This document shows positions 31,008 through 39,366 of a stretch of DNA of 64,000 bases, piece by piece. The stretch is from Candidatus Tayloriibacteriota bacterium. GTDB lineage: Bacteria; Patescibacteriota; Minisyncoccia; Phycocordibacterales; PALSA-1337. Numbering within the stretch: position 1 is the stretch's first letter; each line of letters begins with the position of its first letter. The position numbers and the translations under genes were made by a program. The notes beneath the pieces are model-generated. The model saw only the letters and a program-made list of their open reading frames with translations, did not search any database and was not told the DNA's origin. Location: assembly GCA_003151615.1 (NCBI GenBank), contig PLXZ01000001.1:244318-308317 (forward strand), read 5' to 3'.

Positions 31008-32087
31008 ATGAGTGCAGTCATGGAATCAAAAGATCAAGTCACCCTGTATTACCGTGGAGGTTCATCAGACAAGGTGTATCAGGCCGCGATTGAACCGAGG
31101 GGCGACGAGTTCGTCGTCCACTTCGCCTACGGACGGCGCGGGTCAACATTGACGACCGGGACGAAGACAAGTTCACCAGTGGACTATGACACGGCGAAGA
31201 AAATCTTCACCAAACTCGTCAGCGAAAAGAAGGCCAAGGGCTACATCGAAGGCGAGAACGGCACGCCCTATCAACACCATGAGCACACGGACAAACAGGC
31301 ATCAGGCATTTTGCCCCAATTGTTGAACGCCATCGAAATGGCCGACGTGGAGAAGTTCCTGCACGATGACGCATATTGCGCCCAGGAGAAATTCGACGGG
31401 CGACACATCCTCATCCGCAAGCAGGACGAACACGTCGAGGGCATCAACAAGAAAGGATTGCTGGTCGGATTGCCGGAAACCGTGTCAGACGACATCCGCA
31501 ACCTGTCCGGCAGCTTCATTCCCGACGGTGAATCCATCGGCGATGAGTATCACGTCTTTGATCTCCTCGAATGGAACGGCGAGAACTTGCGTCCGTTGCC
31601 CTACAGGAAACGGCGCGCTCACCTGATGGAATTGCTCTCCGGTTCGCAGCTTCAGTTCATCAAGCTGGTCGGGACGGCGTTCACGACGGCGCAGAAGCTT
31701 GAACTGTGGCACCGGTTGAAGTGGGAAAACCGCGAGGGCATCGTGTTCAAGCGGCTGGACGCGCCCTACACGCCGGGCAAGCCCAACAGCGGCGGGCCGC
31801 AGTTGAAATTCAAGTTCACCGCCACGGTGTCTGCAATCGTTGCCAAAATCAATGTCCAGCGCAGCGTGGAGATCAGTTTGTTCAAGGGCAGGAGCTTGAT
31901 TTCGTGCGGCAACGTCACCATCCCGGCCAATCACGACATCCCCACAGTGGGCGCTGTCGTGGAGGTGCGGTATCTCTACGCCTTCAGGGAAAGCCATTGT
32001 TTGCACCAGCCGGTGTATCTGGGAATCCGTGATGATGTTGAACCCGGCGAGTGCATTGTCCAGCAGTTGAAATTCAAGGCGGAGTAA
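31008..32087 (+). CDS. WGR domain plus ATP-dependent DNA ligase-like protein
   Basis: SSDKVY...YGRRG (WGR); QEKFDG, DGE and EGIVFK motifs. Confidence 0.88.
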   Translation: MSAVMESKDQVTLYYRGGSSDKVYQAAIEPRGDEFVVHFAYGRRGSTLTTGTKTSSPVDYDTAKKIFTKLVSEKKAKGYIEGENGTPYQHHEHTDKQASGILPQLLNAIEMADVEKFLHDDAYCAQEKFDGRHILIRKQDEHVEGINKKGLLVGLPETVSDDIRNLSGSFIPDGESIGDEYHVFDLLEWNGENLRPLPYRKRRAHLMELLSGSQLQFIKLVGTAFTTAQKLELWHRLKWENREGIVFKRLDAPYTPGKPNSGGPQLKFKFTATVSAIVAKINVQRSVEISLFKGRSLISCGNVTIPANHDIPTVGAVVEVRYLYAFRESHCLHQPVYLGIRDDVEPGECIVQQLKFKAE

Positions 32088-32102
32088 AATCACAGGGGCG
32101 AT

Positions 32103-32232
32103 TCACAAGAATCGCCCTTTTTTCATGTTGCCGCTTCCGGCACATCTGGCCGTCTTCATGGAAACGGCACGGGGCGATACGATTCAGGGTGGCAGTTCCT
32201 TTCAATAAACCAACAACCACAGGAGCATCACA
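32103..32232 (+). promoter_or_regulatory. conserved upstream element, copy 2
   Basis: Near-identical to 30415-30540; precedes ardC. Confidence 0.75.
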
Positions 32233-33090
32233 ATGAAAAATCAAACGTATGACCGTATCACCGACCGAATCATCGCCTTGATGGAGCAAGGCACCGTCCC
32301 ATGGCACAAGCCGTGGAAAGCCCGAACCGGGTTGCCCCGGAACTTCGTCAGCAAACATCCCTATCGCGGCATCAATGTCTTTCTGTTGATCGCCATGCGG
32401 TATGAATCACCGTTCTGGCTCACCTGCCGTCAGGCAAATCAGTTGGGTGCCAGCGTCAAGAAGGGCGAGAAGGCTTGTCCAGTTGTTTTCTGGAAACAGA
32501 CGACCGTTGAGGACAAGCAAACGGGCGAAGAGAAGAAAAAATATCTTCTTCGCTTTTACCACGTTTTCAACACCGCCCAATGTGACGGATTGAAGCTGGA
32601 TTCAGCCATAGCGGAGGCGCTGTTGAGTCCCACATCAAAACCGGAGGACATTGTGGCCGGTATGCCGCAGCCGCCAGTTCTGAAGCACGGCATGACCCAC
32701 GCCTACTATTCCCCCCGTGAAGATTGCGTCAGCCTGCCGCCACGGGAGCGGTTCGAGCGGACGGAGGATTATTATTCTACCGTCTTCCACGAGCTTGTTC
32801 ATTCGACAGGTCACGAAAAGCGGTTGAAGCGATCCACGCTCACGGAATCAGCCGGTTTCGGCTCCAATCCCTACTGCAAAGAGGAATTGATTGCCGAAAT
32901 GGGTGCGGCGTTTCTGTGCGGACAGGCCGAGATTGCCGAGCGGACGATTGACAATTCCGCCGCATATCTCAAAGGCTGGCTTGAACAGTTGCGTCATGAC
33001 AAGATGCTCATTGTGCAGGCGGCGGCGCAGGCGCAGAAGGCGGCGGACTTTGTTCTGGGAAAAAGCGAACCCGCAGAGGTTGCGCCATGA
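32233..33090 (+). CDS. ardC: antirestriction protein ArdC (ssDNA-binding plus zincin domain)
   Basis: PWHKPW, YRGIN, HELVHSTGH and EELIAE motifs. Confidence 0.92.
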   Translation: MKNQTYDRITDRIIALMEQGTVPWHKPWKARTGLPRNFVSKHPYRGINVFLLIAMRYESPFWLTCRQANQLGASVKKGEKACPVVFWKQTTVEDKQTGEEKKKYLLRFYHVFNTAQCDGLKLDSAIAEALLSPTSKPEDIVAGMPQPPVLKHGMTHAYYSPREDCVSLPPRERFERTEDYYSTVFHELVHSTGHEKRLKRSTLTESAGFGSNPYCKEELIAEMGAAFLCGQAEIAERTIDNSAAYLKGWLEQLRHDKMLIVQAAAQAQKAADFVLGKSEPAEVAP

Positions 33091-33548
33091 AAGACTTCAA
33101 TCCGAAGGAATTCAAGGTCGTCGCCTTGCGGGAATGTCCGGTGCCGGACGAGATGAAAATCTGTGCGGAACCGCAGCAGGTCGTGGATTATTGGCGGATG
33201 CACATTGCGACACATCCGTATTTCAACCCGGATTGCGAGTGTTTCGTGGTGCTGCTTCTAAACATACGCAGGCGGGTCAAGGGGCATCATCTGGTGTCCA
33301 TCGGAACGATGGACACCATCTTGGTGCATCCGCGCGAGGTGTTCAGCGTGGCGGTTGCGATGAAGGCGGCTTACATCGTGCTCATTCACAACCACCCATC
33401 GGGTGACCCGACGCCAAGCGACGCGGACATCAAGGTCACGCGCGATTTGATTCGCGCCGGCCAGTTGTTGAAAATCGAAGTTACGGATCATGTCATTATG
33501 GGAAATCCTGAATATTCCTCGTTGCGAGGGTTGGGATATTTCTTTTAG
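33087..33548 (+). CDS. RadC-like JAB domain protein
   Basis: VHPREVF, HNHPSGDPTPS..D and DHVI motifs. Confidence 0.93.
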   Translation: MKDFNPKEFKVVALRECPVPDEMKICAEPQQVVDYWRMHIATHPYFNPDCECFVVLLLNIRRRVKGHHLVSIGTMDTILVHPREVFSVAVAMKAAYIVLIHNHPSGDPTPSDADIKVTRDLIRAGQLLKIEVTDHVIMGNPEYSSLRGLGYFF

Positions 33549-33797
33549 CTCCGGGTAATGCCGAGTTCACGGGGTGATTCTTCAGAACGCTGAAGAATCA
33601 CCCCTTTTTTATTTCTTCGACTCGGCATTAACGGGATTATGCCGAGCTCGGCATAATGGTTATTTCTACAATTGAATCCCATTAACCCGGACAAGGAAAC
33701 TTGCCGGGTTTTTAATTTCCATTTATTAACTCCAATCCGATTTGTAAATATTTAATAAAAACCCGCATAACAAGTATGCGGGTGGTCGAGGAATCAA

Positions 33798-34193
33798 TCA
33801 GGGACAAACTGGCTGCAAGAGCTTAATGCTTTCCAAAGCATCATTGAAATGGCCTTTTGATGCAAAGGCATCAATCAGCTTGGCAATTTCTTCGAGTGTC
33901 AAAGAACGCCCTGCAAGCTTGACTGCTTCAAGAGCGGTGCTTGCGCGTGCGTCAACTAGACAAGCATTAACCAATTTGTTAATCTCTTCTAGTGTTAAGG
34001 GCCGGTCGGCGAGTTTAGCCGATTCGAGAGCGTCATTAAACCAGCCCTTTGTCACACAGGCATCAATTAATTTCGCGATTTCTTCGTTTGTTAAAGAACG
34101 CTTTGCAAGCTTGGCGGCTTCAAGGGCAATTCCGATCTTTCCATTACGGATTGAAACGGCAATGAGATAATCAGCAGCATCGTCTAGTAACAT
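33798..34193 (-). CDS. helical tandem-repeat protein
   Basis: About 32-aa repeats ALE..KLA.R.LT.EEI.KLI.A. Confidence 0.7.
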   Translation of the reverse strand: MLLDDAADYLIAVSIRNGKIGIALEAAKLAKRSLTNEEIAKLIDACVTKGWFNDALESAKLADRPLTLEEINKLVNACLVDARASTALEAVKLAGRSLTLEEIAKLIDAFASKGHFNDALESIKLLQPVCP

Positions 34194-34403
34194 AGGTGGC
34201 TCCTTTGGTTTTGATATATGCTGCTGATTCCGTAAGTGGGATCGGTGCAGCAGTCAGAAATCCTTCGCCGCAAATCCCTGACTGCTGAAACGATTCCACT
34301 CATAGCTGCTTGGCAACTGTGGCGAATGCTATCATAAGGCTTTATTATGGTCAAAGCGCTGACCTGGTTATTTGTTAGATTTCTTGAAAAGTTCTTTTAA
34401 TGC

Positions 34404-34970
34404 GTGTATGATTCAGCCGTGAAAATTGTGGGGCTTTGCGGAAGATCTGGCGCTGGGAAAAGCAGCGTAGTCGCAATTGTCCGAGAAAGTCTCCCCGCTG
34501 TGCAGATCATTTCTACTGGCGATGCAATTCGTCAACTGTTAAATAGGCGCGGAATTGAAATCAATCATTACAATCTCCAATCCATAACAAAAGAGATTCT
34601 TGCAGACAGAGGAGAAAATTATATTTCCATTGTTTTTGATCTCATTGATTCTAAATTTCCAATAACTTTAATTGATTCATTTCGTCGCCTTGAAGATGTT
34701 GCGTGTGTAACCAAGGCGTTTGGACAGCCACTAATAATTTCAATCAGCGCGCCCGCAACGGTTCGTTTTAATCGATTGCTTGCCAGGTCAAGACCGTCGG
34801 ACGCTTTAGATGAAGCTTCGTTCAAGGATTTAACATTGCTTGAAAATTCTTGGGGCGTTGAGAATCTGTGTCGGATTGCTGAAATACAAATTGAAAATAC
34901 CAACACATATGCGGAACTGCGTAAGCAGACCCTGGCTGTTCTCCGGAAAGTATTTCAGCCATTCTGCTGA
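34404..34970 (+). CDS. P-loop kinase (dephospho-CoA/nucleotide kinase-like)
   Basis: GLCGRSGAGKS and IDSFR motifs. Confidence 0.8.
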   Translation: MYDSAVKIVGLCGRSGAGKSSVVAIVRESLPAVQIISTGDAIRQLLNRRGIEINHYNLQSITKEILADRGENYISIVFDLIDSKFPITLIDSFRRLEDVACVTKAFGQPLIISISAPATVRFNRLLARSRPSDALDEASFKDLTLLENSWGVENLCRIAEIQIENTNTYAELRKQTLAVLRKVFQPFC

Positions 34971-35074
34971 TAAAATAGGTGCAACATCATATGTATAGGA
35001 ATATTGAGTCATTGGTCTTGCCATTTCTGGATCAAGACCTGCATAATAGTGTCGCAAAAAGGAGATTGTGCAAC

Positions 35075-35697
35075 AATATTTAAGACCTACCGAAGCTATG
35101 TGGATGTCTGTTGAATTCGAGGTTCCACGGGGAGGCATGCAGCATATTTCATGGCCGTCATTTTGGCAACGAGTTCTAGTCCGGCAATGGAGTTTCCCAT
35201 TAATTCTTATGTCACCCAAGGCCTTTGCGGAATGGAGAAATAATCAATTCAATATTTTCGGAAGAAAAACCGAACCAGATTCGCACCTTAAGGCGGCTGT
35301 TGGACACGTGCTGGAAATTTTACGCAAATCAAATTATCCAAAAGTTACAGATTGGCGATTGTTTATACATTGGGCACAACGAATTAGGATACAGCGCATT
35401 AAAATTCCCAAAGAGATTGTAGAACCGCCATGCGATCACATTTTACCCCAAGCCAAAAAATGGTTTCGTTTTAGAAGTGATCCCATTCCCAATACTGATT
35501 GCCGCGATGAGTTCTGGTTTGGTGACTTGCCTTCAATTTCGGCACCCGAACCGAATGACGGTTTTCGCCTTGAATTCAAAGCCGTTGTTAATAACTGGCT
35601 TTATATTTATTTGCTGCCGTGGCTTGGATTTATCGGCTTTTTGATAGCATGTGGTAGGTTGCTTTTCAATCTTTGGGAGAAAGGCACTCCCCAATAA
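35075..35697 (+). pseudogene. hypothetical gene, probably 5'-truncated at repeat 7
   Basis: ORF open from inside the repeat; C-terminal TM; hairpin after the stop. Confidence 0.5.
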
Positions 35698-36514
35698 AAA
35701 ACAATCTTCTTACGAAGATTGTTTTGCAAAATCTGGCGACTCAACACTTTACCGTTGTGAAGCTACAGGATTTTGATTTCTGCGCACGTTAAGCATGGCT
35801 GCCCGTCGAGCTTGGTCAAAATCTCTGGCAAAAGCGGCTCTAAATTCCCTCCGCTTCTTCCAGTAATTTTTACTGAATAGATGTTTGATTGATTTCATAT
35901 CGTTTAAGATGCGTAATTTAGTTCAAAGAACAATTTGCCATTTTAAGCTTTGCCCTTAATAAGGTGCTTAAAAAGCGTCCCACGTCTCTATTAAGTAGTT
36001 TAATGCTTATTTATCATTTTTGCAAATTGTAAAAAGTGGCAGATGTTCCTTTCACGAAGGAGAATCGTCTGCAGTCCCCTTGAAAATCCGCGCGACCGGA
36101 TATTGTCAGCTTTTCGAGCTGCGGAATCCGCCCGCGACAAAGATGATAAGGCATATCAGCAGAATCAGGCCAAGCCCACTGCCGCCGATGACGGGACCAC
36201 CAAAGTAAAACCCACCGCCGCCGAACAAGAGAAGCAGAACAACCATGAGTAGTAATAGGTTCATAGGCCGATAAAATAACACGCCATTGCACGGTTGCTA
36301 TGGGGTCTTCACCCCATAGCGCACAAAATGTGAAATATTCCTGTAAAATAGTTACTCTCTTAAACTTGCCAGAATTGGCACGTTTGCCCACCTACTGATT
36401 TTCCCGGCGGAAGATAGGATTTCATTCGGATGCAGTTCGACTTCGCGAGCCGCACCAGTTCTTCACAACCAAATAACCCTGCATAATAGTGTCGCAAAAA
36501 GGAGATTGTGCAAC

Positions 36515-36944
36515 GCTTTCACAAAATTGGTTCAATCTGTTCAGCATCATCGGGATCATCGGCAGTCTTTGGGTTGCAATCATCACGCTCCGCTCTGAAG
36601 CCAAAACAAGGCGCGTCGCAAACCTCCTCACCATCACCGCCAACCACCGCGAGATCTGGAAGGAGTTTTTCCACTCTCCACAGTTAGCGCGCGTCATTGA
36701 CCCTTCCGCCGACGTTTCAAAGACACCGCCAACTCCAGCCGAGGAATTTTTCGTCTCTCTGGTCGTTTCCCACATCAGCAGCGTCTATGAAACTCTCAAG
36801 GACGACCTACTAACCAAGCAGGAAGGATTACGTCGCGATGCCGCATGGTTCTTTTCCCTGCCGATTCCAAAGGCAGTTTGGACTGCGACCAAACTGCTGC
36901 AAAATCAAGATTTTGCAGCTTTCATTGAATCTTCTTTGAAGTAG
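36515..36944 (+). pseudogene. hypothetical membrane-anchored protein lacking its own start, cut at repeat 8
   Basis: ORF begins at the repeat edge: LSQNWFNLFSIIGIIGSL... Confidence 0.65.
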
Positions 36945-37075
36945 TGTGAGAACTTGAATTTGACTGTGGGATATCCAAGGAATCGTCCAAGAAGAAGCCC
37001 CGTCAAGGCGGGGCTGTGAAGTGATGTATTCGTTTCATACATCATCAAATTTCGTTGGGACAAAACAAGCTTCAG

Positions 37076-37330
37076 CTAATCTATGCAGGAACAAAGATGG
37101 GGACGTATTGGAACCCCCTGTGCCCGCACGATGTAACGTTCGCCAGATTGGCGTATTGCCCCAAACTCGACAAGCAGATCGAGATAAGCATTAACAGTCG
37201 TTGAAAAATCAACAACGTTGCTGTGACGGGCTCTCTTGTATGCGACAACCACCTCGCGTGCTGTAAAGCTGTCACGAGAATAGATAATTTTGGCAAGAGC
37301 TTTTTGGTTTTCAATAATGCGTGTGTTCAT
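37076..37330 (-). CDS. hypothetical protein, possibly wHTH-like
   Basis: 84-aa ATG ORF. Confidence 0.45.
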   Translation of the reverse strand: MNTRIIENQKALAKIIYSRDSFTAREVVVAYKRARHSNVVDFSTTVNAYLDLLVEFGAIRQSGERYIVRAQGVPIRPHLCSCID

Positions 37331-37542
37331 ATGTTTGTTAATAGTCTATATTAGTTATACTAAACATTTATCCATTTTGCAAATTCTTCCCAGAGTAATT
37401 TCCCAAACTTGGCTCTCCAGGCTGGGAATTTGGCTTCGGGCAAAATTTTAGAGTCCTGCATAATAGTGTCGCAAAAAGGAGATTGTGCAACGGATATATG
37501 TATATGATATTAGGTATAATCATTTTAGATACTAAATACAAC

Positions 37543-37662
37543 ATGCTTACACTAATCGTATTCTTAATACTCTGTGTTATATCACCACCTCTGGCTTGGT
37601 TTGTATTTATCATTTGGGCTATATACTGGATATATATCTTAATAGTGGCGAGTAGAATCTAA
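37543..37662 (+). CDS. 39-aa membrane peptide in insert 9
   Basis: MLTLIVFLILCVISPPLAWFVFIIWAIYWIYILIVASRI*; TATAAT upstream. Confidence 0.45.
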   Translation: MLTLIVFLILCVISPPLAWFVFIIWAIYWIYILIVASRI

Positions 37663-37782
37663 GGAACTAGATGAAGTGCTGCACCAATTCCTGCTGCATT
37701 TGTTGCTGCATGAACTCCTGCTTTTACAACTGGATTATTTTTTATCCTGCATAATAGTGTCGCAAAAAGGAGATTGTGCAAC

Positions 37783-37900
37783 AATATATAATTTTGTTGT
37801 TCAGTGCGGAACAGGGGATTACGCCAATTTTAAAATAAAATTTTGATAAAGTTTTTGTAAAAAATAACCTTGCAAATATTTTCGGACGTGAGAGCATGGA
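37783..37900. promoter_or_regulatory. candidate AT-rich array leader
   Basis: Non-coding AT-rich tract abutting repeat 10. Confidence 0.45.
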
Positions 37901-37963
37901 GGCATGGAAGCACGCATCGCCATTCGCGAGGGACTGAAGCAGGAATAATGCTATACTTTTGAT

Positions 37964-38425
37964 ATGAATCCTGACGATCTTTCAGTCCCAGTTACCGACG
38001 ACGATGTTGCATCGAGCACGCCGCCGGTTAGCGACGTTTCGTCGTCGACGCCTGCAGATGATGATGGCGTGCCAATCGTTCAACAAGATTCCGCTGAACC
38101 TCCAGTCGTTCAATCTGCACCCGTACCTGTGTTTGTTTCTGCCGCACCGCCCGTTTTTGATCCGCATTCGGCCGATGAGATTGGTTTTTTGCGGACGGTA
38201 CTCGGGCCGCGCGCATGGGCTGCGCACCGGGCGCGGACGCAGGCCAAGCTGGACCGAATCATGGTTTTGGCGCATGAGAAAGGGCAGATCGACCGCAAGG
38301 ACGTCCGCAATCTTCTCAACTGTTCCAAACCCGCCTGTACCCGGCACCTAACCGCCCTTGTCCGCCAAGGTAAATTGACGCGGTATAAGGTGCTGGATGA
38401 CATGGTGTATAGGGTAACGGGGTGA
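37964..38425 (+). CDS. winged-HTH protein with a disordered acidic/Pro-rich N-terminus
   Basis: IDRKDVRNLLNCSKPACTRHLTALVRQGKL. Confidence 0.75.
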   Translation: MNPDDLSVPVTDDDVASSTPPVSDVSSSTPADDDGVPIVQQDSAEPPVVQSAPVPVFVSAAPPVFDPHSADEIGFLRTVLGPRAWAAHRARTQAKLDRIMVLAHEKGQIDRKDVRNLLNCSKPACTRHLTALVRQGKLTRYKVLDDMVYRVTG

Positions 38426-38562
38426 GGAGTTTAAGGGGGGGGATTACTTGACCGCTCGTTGGCACGCGTGTTAAAGTCTTTTGTAGGTGCAAAGACGGGC
38501 AATTCAGCCCATTTTTGCAAGAACACGGTTCAAAAAACAGAAAACACAAGGAGTAGTAGAAG

Positions 38563-39291
38563 ATGAGACAATATATTGTTGCAGTAATGGCCGCGGGCAT
38601 TTGCGCCGCGGGCTTAACGAGCGCGTCGGCTGGTTTGACGGTTACTCAAAGCTTCGGATCAGTTCCGGTAGGCAGCTATAGCGGAACCGGTATTCCTGTG
38701 GATACATCGGTTAAAACGACGGTCACGGGCATACCGGGTCCTACTGTATTCTCTCCGTCGGACTCTCTGACGTTGGCCTTGAGCACGACTGCACATGGCG
38801 CATTCAATCCGGCGCCAGGAAATGACGGGGTCAGCACGTTCACGGTAGGCACCGGCCTCGTCAGCGGCAGATCAACATGGAATTACGATTACTACTTCAG
38901 TTCGGCCAATGGCGACCTGAGCGGTTATTCATTCCTGGTGACGATCCTGAATGTGGGCAACGGCGAAAGTTTTTCCTACAACCCGTTACTGGTCGGCGAC
39001 AACGTTGGCGGCCCGTCAAGCGCAGGAAATTCGGAGAGTCTCGACTTCATCTCCAGTTTCATCGGCTACAACCCGAATCTGAATGACACGTATGACGTTT
39101 CGCTCAGCGCATCAATCGGCAATAACGCACCGTTCGCGAGGACCAGCGAGCAGATCATCGCCGGCACGGGTGCACCAGCTCCCGTTCCCGAAGCTTCGAC
39201 GCTCATGTCCGGCGCATTGGTGTTGTTGCCGTTTGGTATCGGCACGCTTCGTTCCTTCCGCCGGAAAGCCGCATCGGCCCCGACGGCTTGA
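38563..39291 (+). CDS. PEP-CTERM-like secreted protein
   Basis: Signal peptide; C-terminal VPEASTLMSGALVLLPFGIGTLRSFRRK. Confidence 0.85.
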   Translation: MRQYIVAVMAAGICAAGLTSASAGLTVTQSFGSVPVGSYSGTGIPVDTSVKTTVTGIPGPTVFSPSDSLTLALSTTAHGAFNPAPGNDGVSTFTVGTGLVSGRSTWNYDYYFSSANGDLSGYSFLVTILNVGNGESFSYNPLLVGDNVGGPSSAGNSESLDFISSFIGYNPNLNDTYDVSLSASIGNNAPFARTSEQIIAGTGAPAPVPEASTLMSGALVLLPFGIGTLRSFRRKAASAPTA

Positions 39292-39366
39292 AACTTGAAA
39301 AAAGTTTTGATTCATGAACCCCAGAGTGTAATGCTCTGCGGGTTTTTTCTTTATAAAAAGCAATGA

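Larger units (their letters stand above)
19999..37782. CRISPR. CRISPR-like array: 10 identical 37-bp repeats with 9 giant inserts (254-5947 bp)
   Basis: CCTGCATAATAGTGTCGCAAAAAGGAGATTGTGCAAC at 19999-20035, 21074-21110, 22540-22576, 24635-24671, 26144-26180, 29054-29090, 35038-35074, 36478-36514, 37455-37491 and 37746-37782. The array starts 2 bp after the cas2 stop. Confidence 0.9.

Noticed and set aside
34979-34985. GTGCAAC here, and CCCGCATAA at about 33762, as degenerate repeats splitting the 5.9-kb insert
   Set aside because: The matches are only 7-8 bp. The second is one arm of a terminator-like hairpin (CCCGCATA...TATGCGGG).
19999-37782. Integron cassette array
   Set aside because: No IntI tyrosine recombinase was seen. 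The repeats are identical 37-mers without attC architecture, and the inserts cut genes mid-ORF.
18634-37782. Casposon
   Set aside because: No family B polymerase or terminal inverted repeats were seen, a cas2-like gene is present, and one direct repeat recurs ten times.
19999-37782. Library adapter/concatemer artefact or REP/MITE insertions
   Set aside because: The 37-mer is not an adapter I recognise. It is confined to the cas-adjacent block, starts at the cas2 stop, is always co-oriented, and joins unrelated sequences. Read-level confirmation is still needed.
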